DNA from: Octopus sinensis
Taxonomy: Eukaryota
Direction: 5' to 3'
Assembly: GCF_006345805.1 (NCBI RefSeq)
Contig: NC_043002.1
Span: forward strand, 78,926,001-78,990,000
Length of the DNA stretch: 64,000 bases
Positions 26,708-40,401 of the stretch are shown here, in pieces (the first letter of the stretch is position 1; every line of letters begins with the position of its first letter). The notes under the pieces were generated by a model. The model made no database searches, had not been told where the DNA came from, and saw only the letters and a list, made by a program, of their open reading frames with translations. A program made the translations under genes and the position numbers.

Positions 26708-29700
26708 GATATCATCATCAAAGCAATGAGCTGGCTGAATGGTTATCACACCAGACAAAATGCTTAGTGGCATTTCGTCCATCTCTAAGTTCAAATTCTG
26801 CCAAGGCTGACTTTGCTTTTCATCCTTTCAGGGTCACTAAAATAAGTACCAGCTGAGTACTGGTGTTGATGTAATCAACTGACCCCCTCCCCCAAAATTT
26901 CAGACTTTGTACCTATTGTAGAAAGAATTGTCATCATCATCATCATCATCTGTTAGCAAAATCATTGCAGTATTAGACAAAATGCCTTGTGATATTTAGA
27001 ACTGTTTGTATTCTGTGTTCAAATCCTACTGAGGTCAACTTAACCTTTCATCCTCATAGGGGTCAGTAAAATAAGATACCAGTCAAGTACTGATACTAAT
27101 ATAATTGATTAACCCCTCTCTTCATATTTCAGACCTTGTGCCAATACTAGAAACATTTATCCTTGTTAGGCATTGGTATGGCTGTGTAATTAAGAAGTTT
27201 GCATCCTAACCACATGGTGTCAGGTTCAGTCTCACTGTGTTGCACCTTGGACGAGTATCTTTTATTATAGCCCCAGGCTGGACAAAGAGTTGTGAGTGGA
27301 TCTTATCAATGAAAACCAAAAGATTATATCTTCTCTGAAGCCTTGTGCTTGAGCAAAGTGGCCAGTCTCACTCAAAAATAGACTGAGAAGGTATTGTCAG
27401 TGAGAAGCTAAGCAAAAATAGCTGACAGCTATGTTGCTTCAGCAATTTACTCCCTCCTAACCACTATGCCTTGTCTTAAGAAACTCTTGAGCAGATTGGA
27501 GTGCATGTTCTTTCAGTCCTTATGGAAGAAACAGAGTCCACTAGTCAGGTCTATCTGTTGTCAATAAGCACTACTGGGGCTTCTATGTGAAGCTGGTGCA
27601 GGAAACAGCCATGAACTCACGTTATTTGTTGGGTCTTCGCAGTCACAGCATATCTTCAGAGGTCTCGGTCTTTCGTCATTGCCTCTTTGAGACCCAACGT
27701 TCGAAGGTCATGCTTGACCACCTCATCCCATATCTTCCTGGGTCTACCTCTACCCCGGATTCCTTCAACTGTTTGGGAGTGGCACTTCTTCACACATCTC
27801 TCCTCACCCATCCATAGTACATGACCATACCAGCGCAGACATCTCTCTTGCACGCCACATCCAATGCTTATGACCAGCATTTCTCTCAGGGCCTTTACAA
27901 TCTGTCGTGTATGCACACTGACATTACACATCCAGCAGATCATGCTAGCTTCATTTCTTTCAAGCCTATGCATGTCCTCTGTAGTCACAGCCCATGTTTC
28001 ACTACCATGAAGCATGGCAGTTCGCACACATGCGTCGTACAATCTACCTTTCACTCTGAGCAAGAGACCCTTTGTCACCAGTAGGAGTAGGAGCTTTCTA
28101 AACTTTGCCCAGACTATTCTTATTCTAGTGGTAACACTCTCTGAGCATCCACCCCCACTACTAACTTGGTCACCTAGGTAGCAGAAACTATCAACTATTT
28201 CTAGTTTCTCCCCCAGGAGTGTTAGGTTTTTTTTATTTAAATCATTAGGAAGTGATTTTTATTGGAGAAATCTTCTTATTGGAACCTAACTATCAATACC
28301 ATTAAAACAAGCAAATATTTACTATATATATATATGAAAAGCACCATTCGAGCATGATCGTTGCCGGCTTCGGCTTACTGGTACATGTGCTGGTGGCATG
28401 TGAAAAACAACATTTGAGCATGGTTGTTGCCAATGCCGCCAGACTGGCTCCTGTGCAGGTAGCATGTAAAAACACCCACTATGCTCACATAGTGGTTGGC
28501 GTTAGGAAGTTCATCCAGCTGTAGAAACTTTGCTAGATCAGACTGGAGCCTGGTGCTGCCTGTGGCTCACCAGTCCCCAGTCAAACCGTCCAACCCATGA
28601 CAGCACTTTCAGTGACATTAAACGATGATGATGATGATGATATACATATATATATATATATATATGTTGGGAATCAAGTTTTGGTGCTTTTCAACATAAC
28701 ACTGCCAATAAAGGACACTTTGCCATGCTATTCTTAGAAATACATTTATAAAAACATGTGTAGTATGTGTGTTTGCTATATTATTTCAGTATGGTTATGC
28801 TTCGTGTTCTTGTTTTGTAACATCAACAACAAAATATAACCTAAGCTATAAAACATGCTTCAGGTTTGGTCAGCATTATGTAAATCCCATAGAAACTACA
28901 AGCAGACTGCATGTGTCACGAAATGGTGCAACTCCTTCTCTCCCTCCTTCTTTCTCTCTCTCTCTGTTTCTTTTCCCTTTCTTGTTTTAGCATAATAACA
29001 GTCTATATTTCTTTTGCTGGCTTTCAAGAAAAGAAAAATAAAAGGCTAAAAGAGATGCTGGTGACACTGTTATGAAACAATGCATTACATACTTTTCAAA
29101 TCATATAAGTTTTGTTTAGGAAGTTTAAATTCCTCTGTGATTTGTAATTGAAATTACATAAAAATGAATGGTAAAGTATTCTTTGCAAGCAAAATATAAT
29201 CAGTGTTAAGGTTATCAAAATATATATTAAACTATCCTTATATGTCAATAAATAGGTACATAAAAATATAAAACAAATTGTTATTGTTTAATAAAATGGA
29301 TTTATAGAAATACGCATGGCTGTGGGGGTAAGAAGCTTCCTTTTCAACCATGTGGTTTTGGGTTCAGTCCCACTGTATGGCACCCTGGGCAAAAGTTTTC
29401 TATTAACGCCCCTGATAAACTATTGTCTTCTGAATAACTTGGTAAATGGATGCTGTGTGGAAACCCATCATATGAATGTGTGTATTTATATATATATAAG
29501 GCGCAGGAGTGGCTGTGTGGTAAGTAGCTTGCTTACCAACCACATGGTTCCGGGTTCAGTCCCACTGCGTGGCATCTTGGGCAAGTGTCTTCTGCTATAG
29601 CCTCGGGCCGACCAATGCCTTGTGAGTGGATTTGGTAGACGGAAACTGAAAGAAGCCTGTCGTATATATGTGTATATATATGCATGTGTGTGTATATGTT

Positions 29701-32700
29701 TGTGTGTCTGTGTTTGTCCCCTCCCACCATCACTTGACAACCGATGCTGGTGTGTTTACGTCCCCGTCATCTAGCGGTTCGGCAAAAAGAGACCGATAGA
29801 ATAAGTGCTGGGCTTACAAAGAATAAGTCCCGGGGTCAATTTGCTCGACTAAAGGTGGTGCTCCAGCATGGCCGCAGTCAAATGACTGAAACAAGTAAAA
29901 GAGTAAAAGATATATATATATATATATATATATACATACACATAATTTATAAAATGTAAAAAGAGGTAGTCAAAATTTTGAATAATATATTTATTTAGTG
30001 CTTTCATCTCGTTTCAGAGATTCATAAGCTGAATCACTGAAATGTGATGAAAGCGCTAAATAAATAATTATCCAAAATTCTGTCTACCTCCTTTTTCTTA
30101 ATATATAAAATTTGCACGCTACTTCAAACAATCTACACACACACACACGCACACCACTTGACAACCAGTGTTGGTATGTTTACATAATCATAACTTAGCA
30201 GTTTGGAAAAGAGATCGATAAAGTGAATACCAGGCTTAAAAAATAAATACTGGGGTTGGTTTTGTTCAACCAAACCGTTCAAGATGGTGCCCCAGCATGG
30301 CTGCAGTCTTATGACTGAAACAAATAAAAAATATAGGTGCAGGAGTGGCTGTGTGGTAAGTAGCTTGCTTACCAACCACATGATTCCGGGTTCAGTCCCA
30401 CTGTGGGGCACCTTGAGCAAGTGTCTTCTTCTATAGCCTTGGGCCAACCAAAGCCTTGTGAGTGGATTTGGTAGACGGAAACTGAAAGAAGCCGTTGTAT
30501 ATATGTATATGTGTGTATGTGTATGTTTGTCCACCCGACATCGCTTGACAACTGATGCTGGTGTGTTTACATCCCCGTAACTTAGCGGTTTGGCAAAAGA
30601 GACTGATAGAATAAGTACTAGGCTTACAAAGAATAAGTCCTGGGGTTAATGTGCTTGACTAAAGGCATTGTTCCAGCATGACTGCAGTCAAATGACTGAA
30701 ACAAGTAAAAGAGTTAAAAGAGTAAGGAGAGTAAAGGATAGTGAGTATTGTAAGTATGTCAAATTTTTTTAACTGTTCTTCAAAATTTTCTTTGCATCAT
30801 TCTAGAAAAAATGAAAAATTACTGCTGAAAACCAAAGTACCAAGCCCAGCAACAGAATGGATTGGGAATGTGTTCTGTTCCAGTGAAACTGATGGCCTTG
30901 GCTTGTTAGCTTTGCCTACCATTTCTGTCTTTCAACCATTTTCCATTTCTTATATAATGCCATACACTGGCATTGCTGGGGAAAAGATTCCTATAAGCAT
31001 AACTATACAATCGAATATCAAGAAATGCCTTACTGTAAGTATCCTTTTTGTTATATTTTCTTTCTTTTTCTTTTTTTTTTATTCTTCTGAAAAATACATT
31101 TCGTAGATTTGAAACATTTTCCCTACATTGTCAAGTTTTTGTTATTTTATTTATTAATTTTTTTAGTCTGTTAAGGATTTTGTCATCCCTCTTAAACATC
31201 TTAACATTCATCTTTTTATTAGATATTCAACAAATTCCAGCTCTCCTTGAAGAGACAACAAAAATAGTTTTTCTTTGTTTTTTTCTCTTTTACTCTATTG
31301 ACTAAATAATCTTATCATTGTTCTACTTCATATTCTTTACTCAATAAGCTGAACAATCTCAGCCATGTGTTTTACAGTTGTTATTGTTATCAGTTTTAGA
31401 TGTATGATGGAGAAATAGATTAGATGCTCATATATGAGTTTTTATCATAATTGATTAGTGGGGTCAGAAGTTTGTCTTCAACTGCAAGCATTGTGCCACG
31501 TTCTCAGGCAAGACACTTGTTTCAGTTTTCTTTACAGGATTCAAATTATCTGAAAAGATAGAAAATGCGAATTTTATTTTTCCATTGCATGTGATAAATG
31601 AAGATAATCTTTTCTACTCTAGGTACAAGACCCCATACTTTTGTGGAGGGGTGGGCAGTAGATTAGATCGACCCCAGTATGCAACTGGTACTTAATTTAT
31701 TGACCCCCAAAAGGATGAAAGGCAAAGTCGACCTCGGTGGAACTTGATGGTAAATGAAAATAATATTAGCGAAAATGAACATTATGTATTGCTGCCTTTG
31801 AAAGAATTTACCATCTAATTAATTATATTTATCACAGTACATAACAACTTGGAAGCAATTTGGATATGTACTGTGAGAAATATACAGACACAGACATACA
31901 TTACAGTATTTAATATGCTACACATTTGTATATAACATATCTATCATACCAGCAATGGAAAAAGCCTCTGTGTCAGTTTCACCAATCTCAGAGGGTCTAC
32001 AATAGCCATCAGCACAGCCTCTTCCTTTGTATCAAACCTTGACATTTTGATTAGCTTCTGATTTATGAACCTTCTGATTGGCTGATCTGAGTTTAGGAAC
32101 AAAATAATATTTTCACTAATATTTAGGAATCGGCAAAACAGCATTGATCTTCTGAGTCATGTGACAATATAAGTAAGAAATGAACAAAGAATATGATGTT
32201 CCTGTATCCTTTGATTTAGTAAAAGGTTTCCAATACAACCTGGAAATGTGGAATTCTAAAATGCCATAATGCTTTTGATACTATACAAAACTACCACTAG
32301 TTTTATGATACAAAACTATCCTAGTTTTAAAGTGTTTATATCTAAATTTAAGCCTTTCGTAATTTTATGTAAGAACATTTTAAGTTATGTTCTAATCACA
32401 AGTTTAACAGCAACAAAGTTTATTTTTCTAAATCCCTCCAAATTCTTGAGATTTTTTTCTGAATTAATTGAAACATATGAGGAGTGTATTTCATTAAAAG
32501 TGCAGCTATGAAAAGGATTAAGGACAGTGTTACAAAGCAACTTTAAAAATTTATAATAAAATATCTGAAAGATAGAATTTTTATTATGCAACTAGGGGTC
32601 CCCTTCTCTAATGTTTTATAGCATCAAGATAAATATTCCAGTCAAGTTCACCAACTATGTCTAGCTTGCAACTTGCATAAACATCTTTGGTAAGAGAAGC

Positions 32701-35700
32701 TGTAGTCAAAATAAATGTGATATCTGATCATCATATAGTTAAACTGTTGTACTCCTGATCATATGGTTGTGGGCTAAATTCTTGGGCCACATATGTTTTG
32801 TCCTTTGACTAGGCACTTTATATCACATTCCTCCAGTTCACATAGCTGAAAATGTGCTGTGCTTGTTGCATAGCAGCGTCTTGCAGTTATTAGACCCAAA
32901 TTTTGAAAATGCAAGATATCAGGATCCTTTGACTGTGACAATACACTAAATGAGAATGAAGACCAATGAATTACTCCAAACATTTGGTCAGTTCAGCTAC
33001 AATTATCTTATAAGTCTACTCAAGTAGTGCTAATTAGAAATACTCAAAAATAATAACCAGCGAACTAAATTTAATTAAAATTTTGTGCTGTAGTTGTATT
33101 TTACAGCAAAGCAAAGTCATCCAAGAGCCTTGGTCACTCACTCCAATGTGAAAATGATCAACCCCAGAGTAAAAGGGGATCTGACCTCACAGCAGAGCAA
33201 ATTTTCTTGTGCTTGCATCATGATAAAACACCATGAACTGTTTTAAATTCTCTTTGGCTAAGGGGTAAAGGTTATGACAGGCCTGACACATCACCTGGTT
33301 TATCAAGACCCTCTTGGTCCTTTGCATTCATTTAACACCAAAGGATCAAGAGGATCTTGATAAACTGGATCTTTAAGTATTTCCTTGGCTACATTTTCTT
33401 TCAGACATAGACAATTCAAATGTTTAGACTGGACATCAGCCGCATCGATCTCACTTGTCCGGAAAAACCTTCATAGGCCATGAACACTGCTCTATGCACA
33501 AACTAAACAAGAAAAAAATTAAGATTGATGACAACAATACTTCAGACCTGTCCTAAACTTGAATTGCTTATGTTTCTCACTTTAGCTGTCCATAAAAAAA
33601 AACTTTCTCAAAGACCAACAATGTTCCTTTGCTAAATGTTTATGTTCCATTCTGTTTATTCCTTTGATAGATAGGGTTACGAGTGAAGGTGTCAAGTAAC
33701 TCAGAAAAGACACCAAAAGAAATCAAAGGGCCAGTGTCTTGTCTCTGTAAAGAAGAATATATTACTACCAACATTTACTTAAATGACCTCCCCATTGGTG
33801 TAATTAATGTTACAGTACAGGTAAGCCCTTGTTTTGATTTATTTTTCAGCAGTGGAGAGGTTTGGTAGATAACTAAAAAAAAAATTGGGGGTTTTGCTTT
33901 TTTGAGACTTTTCCAACAGATATAAATGATTGTATGGTATACATACGAGGAGATGCAGAAAAGTTCCTAGCTTTAAGGGTATTGTGAAAGGCCTGGTTGA
34001 AGGCCCAACCTTCCAAGTTCTTTTATAGGGCTTAGAAAAACTGAAGGACTACTGCAATAAATGTGAGAATCTGAGAGGGAAATATGTTGAATAAAATCCT
34101 CCTGTATTTTCTGTTACCCAAAACAAGGAACTTTTCAGCATTCCCTTGTGTGTGTGTGTGTGTGCATGCGTGCACATGTGAGTGTATGCACATATATTTT
34201 TAGCAGTTAACAAACAGGTAAATGACTTTTGATGAAGGTTTCCCTATATTTCATATTTTAACAAGTAATATATGCATTTATATGGATGTAAATGTGTATA
34301 AGTGCATGCACATATGTGCCTATTTATAACAGTTAATAAGTTCATTGCATACAGTGCTCAGGTGTACTAAAATTCATTGGCAAAAGTAAAAGAGGTGATT
34401 AAAAGCTGCAATAAGTCAAGTAAAGAAAGGAAAACAGCAATAATAGCTAAAAGTATATGCATAGTACACCAGATAAGACACAAGACAAAAATTAAACAGT
34501 GAAAGAGCCTTAAAGAGGAAAAGATACATAAGCATGCTAGATGTTGGCAAATTTCAGAAAGCATAGAATTTTTAAGGGATATAGTATTCTAACTGCTAAC
34601 AATGGTTGTGGTATTTTGTTCCATGCTTTAACAATTCTGATTGTGAAAACTGTTTCTGTAAGTTAATGGTGCTACATTGTTTTTGGTTTTAATTCATAAT
34701 TTTCACAAACACTTTTTAATTTGTATGTGGGTGGGAATTGGCTCCCAAGAATAAATGTAACAACTTTTTTTCTAGAGATCTCCATTCTCTTGATCAACCA
34801 CTTCAGTGGAGTTGGCATAGTAACTGCCTCCAAGTCTGTTTTACCTGTCTCCAAGTCCACCTTGCCTGCATCCAAGCCCAAATTGCTGTTTCCAAGTCCA
34901 TCTTGCCTTCCAGCATCATCAATCATACAAAAATAGATTGTACAGTACAGAGAATATATATCTATATTGTGACACTATATCTCATTCAACTGATCACTGC
35001 ATGTCAAAGTGTTTAGAATATATCTCAACTAGAGAGAAGTATGGTGTAGCCGAAACAACAGAGTTATGGAGTCAGAATTCATCATTAGGTGTATTACTTG
35101 TTTACCACATTTGTTTTGGCAGAGTTGAAATGGAGCTACACAACAACAACTAAAACAGCTATAGATATCTTCTATGTAGCACTCTAATATCATAAAATAT
35201 CATTGAATTTGGAAAGACATGTGTATAATTTCCCATAACTACAGAAAAGCTTTTACTGAAATATGACTCACTAACGTTTCTGGACTTTTCACCTAAAAAA
35301 AATAAGGATTTAATTTGTAATCATATCCTAACCCACAACTTAGATTAACACAATTACCTGATCCTTTGGTGCCTTTAGTAGAATGCACTTTACTGTAAAC
35401 ATTCAAATTTGATCCACAGTTGTTTCTCCATGTCCATGTTTTCCTGCAGGTAATCATCATCATCATCATCGTTTAACGTCCGTTTTCTGTGCTAGAACGG
35501 GTTGGACGGTTCGACCGGGGATCTGGGAAGCCAGAAGGCTGCACCAGACTCCAGTCTGATCTGGCAGTGTTTCTACAGCTGGATGCCCTTCCTAACACCA
35601 ACCACTCCGTGAGTGTAGTGGGTGCTTTTTACGTGCCACCTGCTCAGGTGCCAGGCGAGGCTGGCAACGGCCACTATCGGATTGGTGCATTTTACGTGCC

Positions 35701-38700
35701 ACCGGCATGGAAGCCAGTCAAGGTGGCGCTGGCATCGGCCACGATTCGGATGGTGCTTTTTACATGCCACCGGCACAGAAGCCAGTCAAGGCAGCGCTGG
35801 CATCGGTCACGATTCGGATGGTGCTTTTTACATGCCACCGGCACAGAAGCCAGTCAAGGCAGCGCTGGCATCGGTCACGATTCGGATGGTGCTTTTTACG
35901 TGCCACTGGCACAGGGATCACAACTGCAGTTTCCATTGATTTTGATGTTGGTGTACTTGACTCAATGGATCTCCTCAAGCACAGGGTCGAAATGGTAAGA
36001 ATTAGTTGTATCAAATTCACTACTCTGAGAGAATCTAAAAAAGATTATAGGCATTGCCCCTACCTTCTGACTAACTTAGGAAACATTGTTTTTATCTGAG
36101 GTTCCCTATTCAAAAGATATGAATAACATGATATATTTTCGTCTAAACACTTTGTTTGCAGGGTAAATCTATTTTGCCTAATAATAGAAGATGTAGTAAA
36201 AAGACTGTTGATTCTCGTTATATTGGAATGATTGATTCCAGCTCTGCTTTCATCAATATGAGGGTAAGTAATATTAATGTCTTATAATTTGTTGATTTTT
36301 TTCACCACTCACTTCAAAACCAAAAATCAAGTTTTTTTTTCTATTTTTGTAATTTAAATAGAGGATTACTTACTCATTTTTACTATATATCTGGTACCAA
36401 TTTTACATGAAGTTTTTTTAATCTTATTTTTTCTTCATTTCTTCAGCCAAAAGGTTTCTTACAAGAAATTACTCACTCCGAATACGTCTGTCCTTCAGGT
36501 ATGTTTATTCTAATAACTCGTAAAATATCTACTCTTGGTAGAGTAACTGATAAATTTGATCCCCAGTACTTGACTAGACCTTCTTTGATCCTGTAATTCC
36601 AAAAAGAATTGGAGAATCAAATAAACCCTAGTCAAGCTGACTTTCATAAGATATAAATTTAGAATATAAAGAAATATAAGTGAATTCTGCATGTTCATTT
36701 ATAGCTCACCTGGTTCAGCTTGCTGCTGTTTTCACCCTCTAATCCAACAGGTAATCATAGGAGCCCATCTTGGCTCTCTGTGCTCTAGATTCAGTGCTAG
36801 ATTAACTGTTAAACAAAATAAGCATTTGCTTAGAGCATCAAAGAAAAGGGGACACCATAGAAATGGTAAATGGTTTATGGCACAAAAGAAATCACTTCAA
36901 ACTTGCTAAAATAATATTCAAAGTGGTTTGTATGATCAGAAATATAATTTCAAAGTGTTTATGGTGTCATTGTGAGAAGCTGATCCAAGAATTTGAATTT
37001 TAAAAAGTAGAAAATTTTTCAAATATTAATGAAGTGGAAGTAGGCAAAAAAAATTATATTTATTTTATGGTTTATTATTGTTTATATTTTCAATTACATA
37101 TATATGGGAGCACCAAAATCTTTTAAGTGATTAAGGCCTCAATGGGTCTTAATCCAGCCCTGTTTAGACCAACAAACAAGCTGAACCTACTTCTTATAGA
37201 CCCTGGCTAGAAGGATAAGGAAAGGGTATCAAAAATCAGGCCAATGGGTGAATTATATTCAGCTAACACACATGCTGTATTTCATTAAGTTGTATGTATT
37301 AATTCATTGAAAATCATTAACTGAAACAGATTTTTGTTTGTTTGAATGTTTGTTCATTTAGCATTCATTTTTCTATACTAGCATGAATTGGATAGGGATG
37401 CATTTGTGGCCAGATGCTCTTCCTGTTGCCAACCTTACTTGTTTTTCAAGTAAAGGATTTCTTTATTCCACAGCTCTTTGAAAGTTCAGGATAACCAGTT
37501 GTAATCATCAATGAGGAATGTAAACACCATTCACTGTTTTATTGAAGTAAAAGCCTTGGGATGTTAACTTTCATTTGCATTCACACACACGTACACACAC
37601 ACACACACATTTTGATCCACTACATTGTCATTGAAAATAATTTTTTATGCACTGGATTGAATTAAGTAGTATGAAGAAGCATGCCAAAGTTATTGTTGTT
37701 TCTTCTCTTTATATATTTTGGTTTGAACATTAATAATTTTTGTGAAATTCCTCACATATAGCCTCTAAGATGTTCTGTCTTTTGTCTGTTGCATTGGCCT
37801 TCCTAGATATTAAGCCGGTATTTCAGATGTTTCCATGATGCTTTAAACAATTTTTGTATTGCACTCCAAGTTTACCAACAATTCTTTAGCCACTGTTTAT
37901 GACACCATACAAAACAACCTTGAACAGAGACTTGCAAACAGCTTGCCCATCCAAGTGCTGTGTCAATAGAAGGCTCCACATTCCAGATGCCAGTAGGTTT
38001 CAGTAGTCATCAGGATAGAATGCTACTGTTTCAGGAGCCTCCTCTTGATAATTCTACAGTTCACTAGCTCCCTTCACTGATGTGAGACCCCTACCTACTG
38101 GACCAACTGACTAGTATTCAATCTTAATTCCTTCAACCCAGGATTATCAACACCATTCCAAATGATCCTTACAACAGTTATGTTTGTTCTAGATATATGT
38201 ATAAATCCGTAATCTGAACAAGAAGCACATATTTTTCTAAGCATATTTATATTTTAAAAAAAGTTTGTAAAAGATTTATTTTAATTTGTTAAAGATTTTT
38301 TTATTCTTTTTCCCTCTAATTTCAGAGGATCATGGTGGAAATTATGTTAATATCCTTTCAACTGAACTACCAAAAGATACAGTCCCTGGAAGTGTGAAAG
38401 CAGAAATCAACATGTTTGGTAATAAATTTGGGTATCTTTATACTTTTTCTTCCTTTTTCAGTTTGTAATTTTTAGAAATGCTATCCAAATATTAATTTGT
38501 TTCAACTACACTTATTTAAAATATTGGTAATTATTGACACTTCATTTTCAGCATTAAATTATCTTATTGCCATTCTCTATTTAAAACTTCATGAATTATT
38601 TGGTTCAAACTTAACAAAACTAAACAACTTAACCAACAACTTTAATGACATTTTATTTCATTAACAATCCAGTAATGGAAATTAATGGGGAGGAAGGTAT

Positions 38701-40370
38701 ATGGTGAGTAGCTACTCCTCAATTTTTTTTTTTAATGAAATTCAGCCTCAAACATAAAACTGGGGTACAACTGTAATACTTAGGAGAATTCCAAAAGAAT
38801 TCTACAAGTGAAATTACTAGATGTGTTGAATCTAATGGTTCAGGCCCTTACTCTTCATCTGAGAGTGAAGAAGATTTGATGTTGTCATTTTTGTTGTGAG
38901 GAAAGTAGAATGGAGTTTCCCTTAAGGCTGCAAGGTGGTAGAATCCTTACTGCACTGGACAAAATGCTTAGCAGCATTTCTTCTGACTTTATGTTCTGAG
39001 TTCAAACACCACCTGGGTTGACTTTGCCTTTCATCCTTTCAAGGTTGATAAAATAAGTACCAGTTGAGCACTGGGGTTAGTGTAGTCAACTTACTCCCTC
39101 CCATGACATTGCTGGCTTTGTATCAAAATTTGAAACTATTATGTATTTACCGGATTCATCTCCATTCCCCTTTCTGTGAAGGGGAATCATTTTTCAAATA
39201 CTTAGATAAGTTCAAAAGAAATGGAAGTAGAGAGACGTGTCACTGAAGGGATTACAACAATGTGATGAAATAATTATTTGACAAAAAATAAGAAATGACA
39301 ACACAAACAATAATGAACATTTGAACTATTGATTAACTGCTTGACCAAAGTGTTTAGCATATGAGTTAGAAAAATTAGTAAAAAAAACAGCTGATCGATA
39401 AATTTGTTAGTGTAGTAACTAACCCATTATCTAACAATAGCAAAAGGGCCGAACATGTGCGTGTGTTTATTACCAGCATAATGCCCCTCTCAAGATTCAA
39501 TAGTATTTCTTTCAACATACGAATTCACATCAAGAATCTTGCAAACCAAATACAAATATGAAATACTTAGATGTTTCAGATCAAACATGTTGGAAAGACT
39601 AGAGTTAATATAAAGCCTGAACAACTTCAGTTTATCACTTTGTGTAGCTGAAACAGAGGAAGAATTCTTAATGAAGTACTTAATGTACTGTGTGATATGG
39701 AGCTTGGTTGATAAGACAAAGTGTAGCAGAAGATTAGAAAGACAAGTACATACAGTTTTAAGTGGGAGAAGTGTACAACCGATAAGCATTAGCCTCTTCA
39801 TTTTAAATTACATATACTCCAGTTTGATGGTTGGCTGTTGAAGGATAAGAAGGGTGGCTTTACAAAGACCTAAATAATCCAAAAATGTATGACATCTAAG
39901 TTTCTTTGTATAGAAAAATTATATTTACAACAGTTGTTGTATAGATTTATATAAATTTCTCCTATGTTTTACAATGAAAAATCTGACGTGATTTTGTTAT
40001 ATGATTTAATGGCACCTCATATTTTCTGTGCAATTCTAGGTAATATGTTATGGCCTGGGTTATCATCTCTAGAAAATATAGTGAATGATCCTATCACAAA
40101 TGGAGAAGGAAACATCCTGAGCTTGGCTGCTACCATTTTCGTCATGGATTTCTTGAATGCTGTTGGAAAAGTTTCTTATGAAATTGAAATGAAAGCAATA
40201 GAAATAATGGAAAAATGTATGACCAGAATTTAATTTCATTCTTTACATTGTAGTTTTGATTGCGTTGGTGTTTTTAAATGCACATAAGTAAAACAAAAAA
40301 AAAGCCTTAGGTAACTGGTAGGAGTCTGAGAGGGTAAAACATTTGAACACAAGACTCCCATCTGTATTTC

Positions 40371-40401
<31 letters not shown>

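Noticed and set aside
35640-35925. CRISPR-like appearance of regularly spaced repeats
   Set aside because: The units are contiguous with no unique spacers, lie inside a eukaryotic SINE, and no cas genes are present
39490-39801. 103-aa minus-strand ORF as a nested gene exon
   Set aside because: No recognisable family motif or supporting splice sites; probably a chance ORF or a TE remnant
40096-40110. Idea that cephalopod A-to-I editing restores the thioester
   Set aside because: AAT would have to become TGY and GGA would have to become CAR; neither is reachable by A-to-G changes
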